Shown piece by piece: positions 35,128-44,698 of a stretch of DNA of 64,000 nt. Source of the stretch: an uncultured Actinomycetes bacterium. Lineage in GTDB: Bacteria > Actinomycetota > UBA4738 > HRBIN12. The DNA is taken from contig CAWBVL010000007.1 in the NCBI GenBank assembly GCA_963792215.1, forward strand, positions 855,710 through 919,709. Reading direction: 5' to 3'. Under the pieces are notes generated by a model. The model saw nothing but the letters and a program-made list of their open reading frames with translations, had not been told where the DNA came from and did not search any database. Position numbers and translations under genes: made by a program. Numbering within the stretch: the first letter of the stretch is position 1; each line of letters begins with the position of its first letter.

Positions 35128-35928
35128 ATGGATCCGCAGACCGCGCCGACCGTTTCACGAGGCCGAGTGCTCGCGTACAGGATCATCGCGGGCATCTTCG
35201 GTGTGTTCGTGCTCATCTCGAACGTCGCGTTCTCGGTCCCGCAGTTCTTCAGCACGACCGACAAGATCCACTCCTTCCATGACCTCGCGTCGATGCCGGC
35301 GTTCCTCATCCTGCTCGGCTTCGCGTTGATCGTGATGATGCTGCGGCCCGACGACGTGGTCGCGCTCCGTGTCGGATGGGCGGTGGTCCTCGGCACACTG
35401 ATCGCGGGCATCATCGGCCACGACTACATCTCGGGGACGTACTACATCACGCTCGTCGTGATCGGCGTGCTGACCATCCTCGCGCCGGCACGAGCGGAGC
35501 TGCTCCGGTTCGGCTCGCCGAACGTCGCGATGCTCTGCTTGGCGGTCGTCGCGGCGATCCCCGCGATCGTGTTCGCGTGGGACAACGCGCGCATCATGTT
35601 GCAGATGGACCCGGCGATGGACATGAGCGGCCACTGGAAGTACCACCACTGGACCGGCGTTGCCGCGTCCGCGCTCGGCGTCGTCCTCGCGGCGATCGTC
35701 GTGTCTTTCCGCTCACCGGGCGACCGCATGTGGACCTGGGTGGTCGGGTTCTCGACGATGTTGTTCGGGCTCGCGGGCATCATCTTCAGCGACGCCGTCC
35801 GCTACCCGAGCTCGGTCGGAACGCTCTGGGGCGTCGGCGTCTTCTTCGTCGGACTCGTCTACATCGTTGTGGCCGAGGTCAGCGAGGGCGAGGAAGTGGA
35901 AGCCGGAGCGCAAGCGGTGGCGACATGA
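35128..35928 (+). CDS. Hypothetical polytopic membrane protein (6–7 TM)
   Basis: Starts 15 nt after the K5 stop and is preceded by GAGAGGGGA. Hydrophobic helices throughout ('IIAGIFGVFVLISNVAF', 'FLILLGFALIVMML', 'VVLGTLIAGIIG'). High-GC3 codon usage. Confidence 0.55.
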   Translation: MDPQTAPTVSRGRVLAYRIIAGIFGVFVLISNVAFSVPQFFSTTDKIHSFHDLASMPAFLILLGFALIVMMLRPDDVVALRVGWAVVLGTLIAGIIGHDYISGTYYITLVVIGVLTILAPARAELLRFGSPNVAMLCLAVVAAIPAIVFAWDNARIMLQMDPAMDMSGHWKYHHWTGVAASALGVVLAAIVVSFRSPGDRMWTWVVGFSTMLFGLAGIIFSDAVRYPSSVGTLWGVGVFFVGLVYIVVAEVSEGEEVEAGAQAVAT

Positions 35929-36155
35929 GCGCGCGCCCGGGCGCCGCCCGTCCCAAAGGCATACGCCGTCTCGAGCGGTGGTTCGTCGGCGTGATGATGG
36001 GCATCATCGCGTTCGCGCTCGAGAAGATCGTGCTGCGGTCCGTGAAGAAGAAGCATCCGGAGACCGGGCCAGAGGCGTCGACGCTCACGTCCAAGGGTGG
36101 CGACGTCGACCTGGAGGACCTGCGCCTCGGGAAAGGCTTCGGGAAGAGCTCCTAG
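35925..36155 (+). CDS. Small hypothetical single-TM protein (76 aa)
   Basis: ATGA overlap with the preceding gene. One TM ('WFVGVMMGIIAFAL'). GC3-rich codons. No homology recognised. Confidence 0.4.
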   Translation: MSARPGAARPKGIRRLERWFVGVMMGIIAFALEKIVLRSVKKKHPETGPEASTLTSKGGDVDLEDLRLGKGFGKSS

Positions 36156-38266
36156 AGGATCCGGTCGCGGCGGTCGCGCACCAGGTCCATCACCAAGCCG
36201 ATCACGAACAGGAGCCCGATAGCGCCGAGGGTCAGCGGCACCCATAGATCGACGCGGGTGGACGTCGCGGTGATCGCGGTGCCGAGCAGCGCCGCGGATG
36301 CGACGAGGCCGATCGCCAAGCGGCGGCCGGCGCGGCGCACCGTCCGCTCGAGCGAGGCCGCACGGAAGTTGACCTCGAGCTTCTGTCCCGGTCGCGCGCC
36401 GATCAGTCGCTCGACCGCCTCGATCACGCGGCCGGCGCGGACCCGCAGCCGCTGCACCTGATAGAAGATCGTCTTCGGGTCGAGCTTCGTGCCCATCCCG
36501 GTCATCACGCTTCGCATCAGGAACTTGCCCGCGACGTCGAACGGGTCAACCGTCGGATCGAGTTGCGAGGCGGCGAGCTGCATCTGCGCCAGCGCTTTGG
36601 CGGTCAGCGTGAGCGATGCGGGCAGCGGCACCCCGTAGCGGAGCGAGATCTCGGTCATCTCTTGCAGCACCGGGCCGAGCTGGATGTCCTGGATCGAGGC
36701 GCCCTGATACTTCGCGACCAGCGTGCCGATCTCCCCCTGGAACGCGTCGACGTCGAGGTCGCTTCGGTCGATCGCGCCGGCCATCATCAGCGTCACGTCG
36801 GTGAGGAAACCGACGTCGTCCTGCCAGAACGCCATCAGCAGCAACATCATCGACTCGCGAAGCTCCGAGCCGACCTCGCCGGCCATCCCGAGGTCGAGGA
36901 AGTACAGCTTGTTCTCCTCGGGCTGCCACATCAGGTTGCCGGGGTGCGGGTCGGCATGGAAGAAGCCGTCGACCATGACCTGCTTGTAGAAGGACTCGAG
37001 CAGCTGCTTCGCCGCCTCGGTGCGGATCGGCCCCTCGGGCGCGATCGTGATCGGGCCGCCGCCGACGTCGCCCATCACGAGCTGGCGCCCCGTCGAGTAG
37101 TCGCCGTAGATCGACGGCACGGCGAGGCGGTCGAAGGGCGCGATCACCTCGCGCATCCGCTCGACGTTGCGCGCTTCGTTGCGGAAGTCGAGCTCACGGT
37201 GCAGCGACGTCGACAGGTGTTCGAACACCGCCTTGAGGTCGATCACCTGTTTGAGGCCGGCGCGGTCGCCCGCCTTCTCCGCGAACACCTCGAGGAGCGC
37301 AAGGTCCTGCCCGATCAGCTCGCGCGCGTCGGGCCGCTGGACCTTGATCACGGCCTTCGCGCCGTTGGCCATCACCGCTCGGTGCACCTGCGCGATCGTG
37401 CCGGCGGCGAGTGGCTCCGGCTCGACATGATCGAACACGTCCTCCCACGGCACGCCGAGCTCTTGTTCCATCACCTGGACGACCTGTTCCTCCGACAGCG
37501 GCGGCACGTGGTCCTGCAGCTGCGCGAGCTCGGTGATGAACTCCGGCGGCAGCAGGTCGGGGCGCGTCGACAGGATCTGGCCGAGCTTGCAGAACGTCGG
37601 GCCGAGCTCCTCGAGCGCCTCGCGGAGGCGTTTGGCGCTTCTGGCCCGGCCCATCGTGCCCTCTTCGTCCGGGCGGCCGAACGCTTCACGCAGGCCGTGC
37701 TTGGCGAAGACCGTCGCGATCTTGGAGCCGCGCGCCATCAGGTGTGGCTGGGTCTCGGGCGGCGCGGCACCCGCCCGGAGCACCGTGCCGCCGGGCGCGG
37801 CGGGCATCGCACTCGTCACGCCATCGGTCGTGTTGACGATGATCACGGTGCAGCGAGCGTTGTGGCTGATCCTGTTCGGGACGTTGCCGAGCAGGAACTC
37901 CTTGCGTCCGGCCATCCCGGCGTTGCCGACCACCAGCACATCGATCGCCGCGTCATCGGCGGCGCCGACGATCGCCATCGCGGGGTCCTCGTCGACCACG
38001 ACGTGCGCCTTGCCGCGGACGCCGGCGAGCCGCTCGGCTTCTGCTTGGAGCGCCTCGGCCGCGGCCGCGGCTCGCGTGCGCTCGGCCGCCCCGAACTCGG
38101 TGTCCGATGGGCTGGTCGGGATGATGACCTGCACCAGATGGAGCTCGGCTCCGAACCGCTCGGCCAGGTCGTTGGCCCACCCGACGGCTCGCGAGGCGGT
38201 CTGGGACAGGTCGGTGCCGACCATGACCCGCTCGATGGGTCCCGCGAGACCAGGTTGTGCGTTCAC
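36152..38266 (-). CDS. Fusion: N-terminal universal-stress-protein domain plus UbiB/ABC1 (AarF) atypical kinase with C-terminal TM helices
   Basis: USP 'VMVGTDLSQTASRAV…VLVVGNAGMAGRKEFLLGNVPNRISHNARCTVIIV'; ABC1 'LGPTFCKLGQILSTRPDLLPPEF…LAAGTIAQVH…FFHADPHPGNLMW…LDLGMAGE'; C-terminal TM 'LGAIGLLFVIGLVMDL'. Confidence 0.8.
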   Translation of the reverse strand: MNAQPGLAGPIERVMVGTDLSQTASRAVGWANDLAERFGAELHLVQVIIPTSPSDTEFGAAERTRAAAAAEALQAEAERLAGVRGKAHVVVDEDPAMAIVGAADDAAIDVLVVGNAGMAGRKEFLLGNVPNRISHNARCTVIIVNTTDGVTSAMPAAPGGTVLRAGAAPPETQPHLMARGSKIATVFAKHGLREAFGRPDEEGTMGRARSAKRLREALEELGPTFCKLGQILSTRPDLLPPEFITELAQLQDHVPPLSEEQVVQVMEQELGVPWEDVFDHVEPEPLAAGTIAQVHRAVMANGAKAVIKVQRPDARELIGQDLALLEVFAEKAGDRAGLKQVIDLKAVFEHLSTSLHRELDFRNEARNVERMREVIAPFDRLAVPSIYGDYSTGRQLVMGDVGGGPITIAPEGPIRTEAAKQLLESFYKQVMVDGFFHADPHPGNLMWQPEENKLYFLDLGMAGEVGSELRESMMLLLMAFWQDDVGFLTDVTLMMAGAIDRSDLDVDAFQGEIGTLVAKYQGASIQDIQLGPVLQEMTEISLRYGVPLPASLTLTAKALAQMQLAASQLDPTVDPFDVAGKFLMRSVMTGMGTKLDPKTIFYQVQRLRVRAGRVIEAVERLIGARPGQKLEVNFRAASLERTVRRAGRRLAIGLVASAALLGTAITATSTRVDLWVPLTLGAIGLLFVIGLVMDLVRDRRDRIL

Positions 38267-38273
38267 GCGCGCA

Positions 38274-40046
38274 TCATGGCAGCGCCGGGGCTATGGAGGA
38301 AGGGAGGCCCTCGCGCGTCGTGTGGGTGGTGGTGGCACCCCGGCCGCCCGATGCGCGCCACCTCCGGGCGCGGCTCGTCGCCATCGCGGCGAGCAACCCT
38401 GCGCCAGCGACGGCAGCGATCACGCCGATCGCGACGGGTCGGGAGCCGAGGCGAAGCCCCATGCGATCGGCGATGGCGCCCGCGAGGATCAGGCCGCCCA
38501 GCCCGGTCCCGGTCGCTCGCTCCACCAACGCGACTCCTCGGTGCCCGGCTGCCGCGCACCAACCTGTCCCTGCGACGCCGCTCGTCGCGAACCAGGCGAT
38601 CGTCGCGAAGAACGCGGACGCGACGGGAAGAGGAGGCGCCGGTGGCGCCGCCGGTGGCGCCGCCGGTGGCGCCGTCACCTCCGTGGAGCCGGGAACGAGG
38701 GCCCGCGTGGCTGCGTCCTCGCTGGCGCGCCAGAGGCTCTCGGCATCGGGGTCTCCGTCGGCCGGAGCCGGATAGCGAAGCACGATGTCTCGAACTCGGT
38801 CGCCGGGCACCGCGGCCCGAAGAAGGTTGAGCGACCGGATCACCGCGACCGCCGTCATGCCGCGATCGGACGGCATGTCGACGACCACCGGCCCGGGCAT
38901 CACCGCGATCGAGGGGACGACCGCGGCCACTGCGTCGGCGGCGGGGTCCTGATACGGCCGGGGCGCTCGAACCCAGAGCCAGCCCGCGCTCACTGCGATC
39001 ATCCCGACGACGCCGATCGCGATCGGCTTCGCCAGCCGCGGGAAACGATCGCCGATCGCACCGAGGCCGATCGCGGCGAGCAGTGGCAGGCAGAACGCGA
39101 AGGCCACCACCCGGTGCGGCGGGAACCACCTGCCAACGAGCCCGGCGATCACGCCGGCGATCGAGACGATCGCCCAGGCGAGGAGCAGTCGGCCGCGTCG
39201 CCCGCGGAGTTTCGGGATCGCGACGGCGGCCAGCGGCAGCCACGCCCATAACGCGTAGCCCGCGATCTTCGGGGTGAACCGTTCGAGGAACAACTGGTGT
39301 AACCGGTCCAGCTGATGGGTCTGCAGCAAGAACAGGTCGAGCGACGTCGGCACGTCGAAGGCCGCGCCACCGGTCGTCGCGGCGAGCAGCCCGATCCCCG
39401 CGATGGCTGCACCCGCCACACCGACCGCCGCGGTCGTCCCGGCCTCGCGCCTGCGGCCGGCGAGCAAGGCTAGGGCCGTCGCGATCACGAGGATCGCGAC
39501 CGCGAACCACAGGAACTCCGGGTGGGCGATCCCGGCGGCGCCGACCAGGGCGGCAGCGACCGCCGATCCCCAGCCGCGCTCGCTGAGGAGGAACGCGAGG
39601 GCCAGCACGAAGAGCACGGCGAACACGGCGTTCGAGAGATGTCCGGCCGCAAGGTAGGTCGCGAACAGGCCGGTAAGGACCAGCCCCAGAAGCGGGACGG
39701 CGCGGCGTTCGGGATCGCCTCGCAGCACGGCGCTCCCGGCAAGTCCGACCATGGCGATCAACGCACAACCGAGACCCGCAACCGTCGCCGTCTCGGGAAG
39801 GCCGAACGCCTTCGCGATCACCTCGGTGATGTCGGGAACGCCTGGCCGGAACGCCACAACGGACGAACCCGCGGCGCCGACCACGCGTGCCCACCAGACG
39901 TAGACCGGCGTGTCAGCGCCGACCGGCGCGCCGTCGTGGCGCACGAGTGCGACGACGATGGGGAACGCCGCGAGCACGGCCGCCGCGATGATCGTCGCAG
40001 CCGCGTCGCGCGCGCCGTCCATCCGGCGCGACGACGCCAGGGGCAT
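38274..40046 (-). CDS. Hypothetical polytopic membrane protein (about 12 TM; possibly a GT-C-type glycosyltransferase)
   Basis: Long series of hydrophobic helices, a Pro/Ala linker 'APPAAPPAAPPAPP', then further C-terminal TMs. Stop is 7 nt upstream of the USP–UbiB gene on the same strand. Confidence 0.5.
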   Translation of the reverse strand: MPLASSRRMDGARDAAATIIAAAVLAAFPIVVALVRHDGAPVGADTPVYVWWARVVGAAGSSVVAFRPGVPDITEVIAKAFGLPETATVAGLGCALIAMVGLAGSAVLRGDPERRAVPLLGLVLTGLFATYLAAGHLSNAVFAVLFVLALAFLLSERGWGSAVAAALVGAAGIAHPEFLWFAVAILVIATALALLAGRRREAGTTAAVGVAGAAIAGIGLLAATTGGAAFDVPTSLDLFLLQTHQLDRLHQLFLERFTPKIAGYALWAWLPLAAVAIPKLRGRRGRLLLAWAIVSIAGVIAGLVGRWFPPHRVVAFAFCLPLLAAIGLGAIGDRFPRLAKPIAIGVVGMIAVSAGWLWVRAPRPYQDPAADAVAAVVPSIAVMPGPVVVDMPSDRGMTAVAVIRSLNLLRAAVPGDRVRDIVLRYPAPADGDPDAESLWRASEDAATRALVPGSTEVTAPPAAPPAAPPAPPLPVASAFFATIAWFATSGVAGTGWCAAAGHRGVALVERATGTGLGGLILAGAIADRMGLRLGSRPVAIGVIAAVAGAGLLAAMATSRARRWRASGGRGATTTHTTREGLPSSIAPALP

Positions 40047-40107
40047 CGGCGCATCATTCCACAGTGCTTCCAGGGCCGCTCCAGACGTCCGGTATCCTGA
40101 CGGCTCC

Positions 40108-40179
40108 GCCGGAGTAGCTCAGGGGTAGAGCAACCGCCTCGTAAGTGGTAGGTCGGGGGTTCGAATCCCCCCTCCGGCT
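40108..40179 (+). tRNA. tRNA-Thr (anticodon CGU)
   Basis: Manual cloverleaf: acceptor GCCGGAG/CTCCGGC, D-arm GCTC-AGGGGTA-GAGC, anticodon arm ACCGC-CTCGTAA-GTGGT (anticodon CGT), T-arm GGGGG-TTCGAAT-CCCCC, discriminator T. CCA is not encoded. Confidence 0.85.
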
Positions 40180-40244
40180 CTCCCGGACGGGTTCGGAGGT
40201 CTGTGGTTGCCGGTATCGAGCTCAGCTTGCGAGAATCCCGCCCG

Positions 40245-40931
40245 ATGAAGGCGATCCGTCGAGCCCTCGCCGTCGCGGCCGGTGCCATGATCCTGATCGC
40301 GGGCTCTGGAACCGCCGCATCCGCGCAGACGGGCATCCGGCCGACCATCACGCCGGTGCTGACCAACGGCGGGTGGATCTACTGGCTGGCGTTCCTCAGC
40401 CTCGGACTGGGCCTGCTCCTTCTGATCTTCCTGATCGCGGCCTACATGCGGTTCGCGCCACGCTTCTCCAAGGACGAGGACCAGGCGAGGGTGGTGCGCG
40501 CCGACCGGGTCGTCCCCGGTCGGGAGGCGCCGCGCCGGCTGGTCGACGTGACCCAGGCCGTGCCCGTCGTGGCGCAGCCGCCGGCGGTCGTCGCATCCGC
40601 TCCGGCCGCAGCTACAGCGCCCGCACCTGCCGCGGCCGCGCCGGCGCCAGCAGCAGCGCCCGCACTTGCCGCGGCCGCGCCGGCGCCAGCAGCAGCCCCC
40701 GCCGAGGCGCCCGCAGCCGCTGAGGCGCCGGCCGCCGCCGCACCAGCCGCGCCCGCACCCGCTGCCGCTGCACCGGCTCCGCCGGCGGAGCGGCCCGAGG
40801 TCTCCTTGGACCAAGAGGTGTATGAGCAGACGTTGAAGGAGCTGCTCGACAGCGGCACCGACCGGCGGATCGCGGAGGGCAAAGCCAAGCGCACCGCCAT
40901 GATCGCGGCGCGCAAGAAGGCCGAAGGCTAG
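40245..40931 (+). CDS. Secreted/anchored Ala/Pro-rich repetitive protein
   Basis: Signal peptide 'MKAIRRALAVAAGAMILIAGSGTAASA', a TM 'WIYWLAFLSLGLGLLLLIFLIAAY', then an Ala/Pro repeat tract 'APAPAAAAPAPAAAPALAAAAPAPAAAPAEAPAAAEAPAAAAPAAPAPAAAAPAPP'. Confidence 0.55.
   Translation: MKAIRRALAVAAGAMILIAGSGTAASAQTGIRPTITPVLTNGGWIYWLAFLSLGLGLLLLIFLIAAYMRFAPRFSKDEDQARVVRADRVVPGREAPRRLVDVTQAVPVVAQPPAVVASAPAAATAPAPAAAAPAPAAAPALAAAAPAPAAAPAEAPAAAEAPAAAAPAAPAPAAAAPAPPAERPEVSLDQEVYEQTLKELLDSGTDRRIAEGKAKRTAMIAARKKAEG
40619..40696 (+). repeat. Tandem direct repeat, 2 × 39 nt (one mismatch) within the Ala/Pro-rich CDS
   Basis: gcccgcac(c/t)tgccgcggccgcgccggcgccagcagcagc repeated head-to-tail. Confidence 0.6.
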
Positions 40932-40941
40932 GCGCGCCGCG

Positions 40942-42027
40942 GTGCCCCCCGACCCGGCCGTCGAGCTCGACTGGTCGCTCGGGTCCTACGCGGCCCGGCT
41001 CGCCGATTGGGACGTCGCCGTCCGCACCGCGCGATCCATCTCCGGTTCCGGTCCGAAGGTGTCGCACGCCGAACGCGCGGTGATGCGAGAGCAGCTGACC
41101 CAACAGGTCGAGCGGGCAGAAGCCCTCGTCGCGGAGTGCACCGGGATCACCGTGGGTGGCTTCCGATCGCGTGCGTGGGTGATGGGCCGCGGCGACTGGT
41201 CGCGGCAGAACCTCAAGGGCTTGCAGCGAGCGATCGAACCGCTCGCCCGTCGCATCGCGGAACGCCGCCCGAGCACCACGACCGAGAAGCACACGATCGC
41301 GCGCAAGGCGCTCGGCGTGCAGGTGGGTGGCCTTCTCGGCTACGTCTCCCGCCGCGTGCTCGGCCAGGTTGACATGTTCCTGCCGCCCGATGACGACGGC
41401 CTGATCTACTTCATCGGCCCGAACCTCGTCGAGGTCGAACGCGCCTTCTCGTTGTCGCCGGCCGACTTCCGCCTCTGGGTCGCGATCCACGAGGTGACGC
41501 ACCGCGTGCAGTTCTCCGGCGCACCGTGGCTCCGCGCCGAGCTGATGCGGATGGTCGACGCGTACCTCCAGAGCGTGCAGCTCGACACGAAGGAGCTGAT
41601 GGAGCAGCTCGGCCGCGCCGTCCAGGAGCTTCGCCCCGGCGGTGGCTCGCCCGGCGGGATCCTGCGGATGCTGACGCCCGAGCAACGCGAGCTCTTCCAT
41701 CGGACGCAGGCCGTGATGTCGCTGCTCGAGGGACACGCCTCGTATGTGATGAACGCGGTCGCGAAGGACGTCGTCGAGGATCTGCCGCGGTTGCAGGGGG
41801 CGCTCGCTCGCCGGCGCGCGGTCGGCGGGTTCGAGAAGCATCTGCAGCGCGCGATCGGCTTCGACCAGAAGGTCGCGCAGTACGACGCCGGCGAGCGTTT
41901 CGTCGGGTCGGTCGTCGAACGGATCGGGATGCCGGGGTTCAACTTGGTGTGGTCCGAGCCGGGCAACATGCCGCGGCCGGACGAGATCGACGAGCCCGAC
42001 CGCTGGATCGCCCGCGTCGTGGGCTGA
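40942..42027 (+). CDS. Zinc-dependent metalloprotease-like protein (HExxH; actinobacterial DUF2342-like family)
   Basis: 'LWVAIHEVTHRVQFSG' HExxH motif. Position immediately upstream of tilS as in mycobacteria. Confidence 0.6.
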   Translation: MPPDPAVELDWSLGSYAARLADWDVAVRTARSISGSGPKVSHAERAVMREQLTQQVERAEALVAECTGITVGGFRSRAWVMGRGDWSRQNLKGLQRAIEPLARRIAERRPSTTTEKHTIARKALGVQVGGLLGYVSRRVLGQVDMFLPPDDDGLIYFIGPNLVEVERAFSLSPADFRLWVAIHEVTHRVQFSGAPWLRAELMRMVDAYLQSVQLDTKELMEQLGRAVQELRPGGGSPGGILRMLTPEQRELFHRTQAVMSLLEGHASYVMNAVAKDVVEDLPRLQGALARRRAVGGFEKHLQRAIGFDQKVAQYDAGERFVGSVVERIGMPGFNLVWSEPGNMPRPDEIDEPDRWIARVVG

Positions 42028-42030
42028 CCG

Positions 42031-43062
42031 ATGCCGCGCCTGCCGCCGGCGGTTGCCCGCGTCCTCACGCAAGCAACGGCCACGATGCGTGCGCACGAGA
42101 TGGTTGCGCCCGGCGACCTCGTGCTGGTTGCCGTGTCCGGCGGTCCCGACAGCGTGTGCCTCTTGCACACGATGCACGAGCTCCGTCGCCTGTTCCGGAT
42201 GAAGCTCGCGGTCTTCCACTTCGATCATCGGCTCCGTGAGGACAGCGTCGCCGACGCGGCGTACGTGGGCCGGCTTACCGACCGGCTCGGGTTGCCGCTG
42301 CACGTTCGGGTTGCCGAGGGCTCGCCGGCCAAGGGCGAGTCCGTGGAGGCGTGGGCGACCGGCCAGCGCGGGAACGCGGCCAACGACGTGCGCCGGCAGA
42401 TCGGCGCCGAGCACACGGCCGAGGGGCACACGCTCGACGATCAGGCCGAAACCGTCCTGCTCAACCTCCTGCGGGGCACCGGGATCGAGGGACTCTCTGG
42501 CATCGAGCCGGGCGGGCCCAACCAGGGCCCTCTGATCCAGCCGCTGCTTGCGGTGACGCGTGATGACGTTGAGGCGTTCTGCCGGGCGCTGCATCTGAAG
42601 CCGCGCCGCGACCCGATGAACGAGGATCGGCGGTACCTCCGTGCGTCGATCCGCCACGACGTGTTGCCGATGCTCGAGCAGGCGACGGGGCGCGGTGTCC
42701 GGGAACCGATCGCGCGCACCGCCGACACGATCAGACGCGACCGTGATGAGCTGTGGGAGCGGACGTTCGTGCTCTACAAGGACCTCGTCGAGAAGTCGGA
42801 CGGCTCCGTGCGCTTCGATGCTGCGGGGCTTGCCGCGCTGACGGAGCCGGTCGCCGCCCGGCTCGTCCGCTTCGCCGCGTACCAGGTGTTGAGCATCGAC
42901 GCGCCGGCCCCCTGGACCAAGGACGGCATCGAGGCCGTACTCGATCTCGCGCGCGGTCGGCCAGGGCGGCACCGCGATCTCCCCGACGGCAGGGTCGCCC
43001 GGCGTGACCGGACGCACGTCGTCGTCTCACCGGTGGGATACGGCGAACCAGACGGCGAGTAG
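42031..43062 (+). CDS. tilS: tRNA(Ile)-lysidine synthetase
   Basis: PP-loop 'LVAVSGGPDSVCLLH'. Upstream of hpt as in Actinobacteria. Confidence 0.9.
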   Translation: MPRLPPAVARVLTQATATMRAHEMVAPGDLVLVAVSGGPDSVCLLHTMHELRRLFRMKLAVFHFDHRLREDSVADAAYVGRLTDRLGLPLHVRVAEGSPAKGESVEAWATGQRGNAANDVRRQIGAEHTAEGHTLDDQAETVLLNLLRGTGIEGLSGIEPGGPNQGPLIQPLLAVTRDDVEAFCRALHLKPRRDPMNEDRRYLRASIRHDVLPMLEQATGRGVREPIARTADTIRRDRDELWERTFVLYKDLVEKSDGSVRFDAAGLAALTEPVAARLVRFAAYQVLSIDAPAPWTKDGIEAVLDLARGRPGRHRDLPDGRVARRDRTHVVVSPVGYGEPDGE

Positions 43063-43076
43063 ACTCGCGCCCTCGC

Positions 43077-43625
43077 ATGGATGCTTTCACCGACGACATC
43101 GAAAAGGTCCTGATCCCCGAGCATGAGATCCAGGCGAAGCTCGCCGAGATGGGCGAGAAGATCACCTCGGATTACCGCGACCGCAGCCTGCTTCTCGTCG
43201 GCGTGTTGAAAGGCGCCTTCGTCGTGATGGCCGACCTCGCGCGCCACATCGATCTGCCGTTGCAGTTCGACTTCATGGCGGTCTCGTCCTACGGCGCGGC
43301 GACGAAGACCTCGGGCGTCGTCCGCATCCTGAAGGACCTCGACCACGATCTGCGCGATCGCGACGTGCTCGTCGTCGAGGACATCGTGGACTCGGGGCTC
43401 ACGCTCAAGTACCTGCTGAAGAACCTGGCCGGACGCAAGCCGGCGACGCTCGAGGTCGCCGCACTCCTGCGCAAGGAAGGCATCCAGCAGGTCGACCTCG
43501 ATGTCCGCTACGTCGGGTTCGACATCCCGAACGAGTTCGTCGTGGGCTATGGCCTCGACTACGCCGAGAAGTACCGGAACCTGCCGTTCATCGGGATGCT
43601 GAAGCCGTCCGCGTACGCGAGCTGA
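43077..43625 (+). CDS. hpt: Hypoxanthine-guanine phosphoribosyltransferase
   Basis: 'VLVVEDIVDSGLTL' PRPP-binding motif, ~180 aa. Confidence 0.9.
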   Translation: MDAFTDDIEKVLIPEHEIQAKLAEMGEKITSDYRDRSLLLVGVLKGAFVVMADLARHIDLPLQFDFMAVSSYGAATKTSGVVRILKDLDHDLRDRDVLVVEDIVDSGLTLKYLLKNLAGRKPATLEVAALLRKEGIQQVDLDVRYVGFDIPNEFVVGYGLDYAEKYRNLPFIGMLKPSAYAS

Positions 43626-43663
43626 TCGGGAACCCGGAAGGCCGCCCCGCGCGTCTCACCCCT

Positions 43664-44032
43664 ATGCGTCGTGCGGCCGTGCTCATGGTGTTGGTGCTGG
43701 CGGCGGCGTGCGCGTCCAACGCAGGGAGTGCACCATCCGGCGGGATCGAAGGTCACGTCACGATCGGTCCGACGTGTCCGGTCGAGCGCGAGGGCTCTCC
43801 CTGTCCGCCGGGCACGTGGAGCGGCACCGTTCGCGCGACGGCCTCGGACGGCAGCGTCCAGGACACGGTGACCGCCGCCGACGGTTCCTATCAGCTCGCG
43901 CTCGCGCCGGGCACCTACACCGTGACGCCGGTCGTCGCCGGCGCCGGTCCGCCGATCGCGAAGCCGGTGACCGTTTCGGTCACGTCCGTGATGCAACAGC
44001 TCGACCTGCAGCTGGACTCCGGTATCCGCTGA
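43664..44032 (+). CDS. Putative lipoprotein with carboxypeptidase-regulatory-like beta-sandwich
   Basis: Lipobox 'LVLAAAC'; '[10 protein letters not shown]…[21 protein letters not shown]' resembles CarboxypepD_reg repeats. Confidence 0.5.
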   Translation: MRRAAVLMVLVLAAACASNAGSAPSGGIEGHVTIGPTCPVEREGSPCPPGTWSGTVRATASDGSVQDTVTAADGSYQLALAPGTYTVTPVVAGAGPPIAKPVTVSVTSVMQQLDLQLDSGIR

Positions 44033-44066
44033 CCTCGACATCGACGGCCGCGGTAGCATCCCGCAC

Positions 44067-44642
44067 GTGAACGACCGGTTCGACGCCGCCGCGATCGAAG
44101 AAGGTGTCCGCATGATCCTGCGCGGGATCGGCGAGGACCCCGAGCGAGGGGGCTTGCGCGAGACGCCCGCTCGAGTCGCCCGGATGTACGAGGAGATCTT
44201 CGGCGGGATCGACGTCGACGCCTCGCAGATCGTGACCGTCGTCGAGGGCGCCGACTTCGACGAGATGATCATGGTGCGCGATATCCCGCTGTACTCGATG
44301 TGCGAGCACCACCTGATCCCGTTCAACGGCAAGGCCCACGTCGCCTACATCCCGAACAAGTCGCAGCAGATCACCGGGCTGTCGAAGATCGCCCGCGTGG
44401 TCGACACGCTCGCGAAGAAGCCGCAGGTGCAGGAACGCCTGACGACGGAGATCGCCGAGTCGATCGAGCAGGCGCTCAGCCCGCGCGGCGTCTTCGTCGT
44501 GATCGAGGCAGAGCACCTGTGCATGACCATGCGCGGCATCAAGAAGCCCGGGGCGGTGACGGTGACGTCGGCGGTGCGCGGTCTGTTCCGCAACGACGCC
44601 CGCACCCGCCAAGAGGCGATGCAGCACATCGGGATGCGCTGA
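44067..44642 (+). CDS. folE: GTP cyclohydrolase I
   Basis: '[31 protein letters not shown]…[28 protein letters not shown]…[12 protein letters not shown]'. GTG start. Confidence 0.9.
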   Translation: MNDRFDAAAIEEGVRMILRGIGEDPERGGLRETPARVARMYEEIFGGIDVDASQIVTVVEGADFDEMIMVRDIPLYSMCEHHLIPFNGKAHVAYIPNKSQQITGLSKIARVVDTLAKKPQVQERLTTEIAESIEQALSPRGVFVVIEAEHLCMTMRGIKKPGAVTVTSAVRGLFRNDARTRQEAMQHIGMR

Positions 44643-44698
44643 CCCGGCCGCCGAGCCGCGGCTCGGCCGTCCACGCCGGTCCTCACTACGATGGCGGC

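Noticed and set aside
40180-40942. Possible integrated element at tRNA-Thr
   Set aside because: No integrase, excisionase or attachment-site repeat of the tRNA 3' end was found downstream. The adjacent genes are chromosomal (metalloprotease-like, tilS, hpt).
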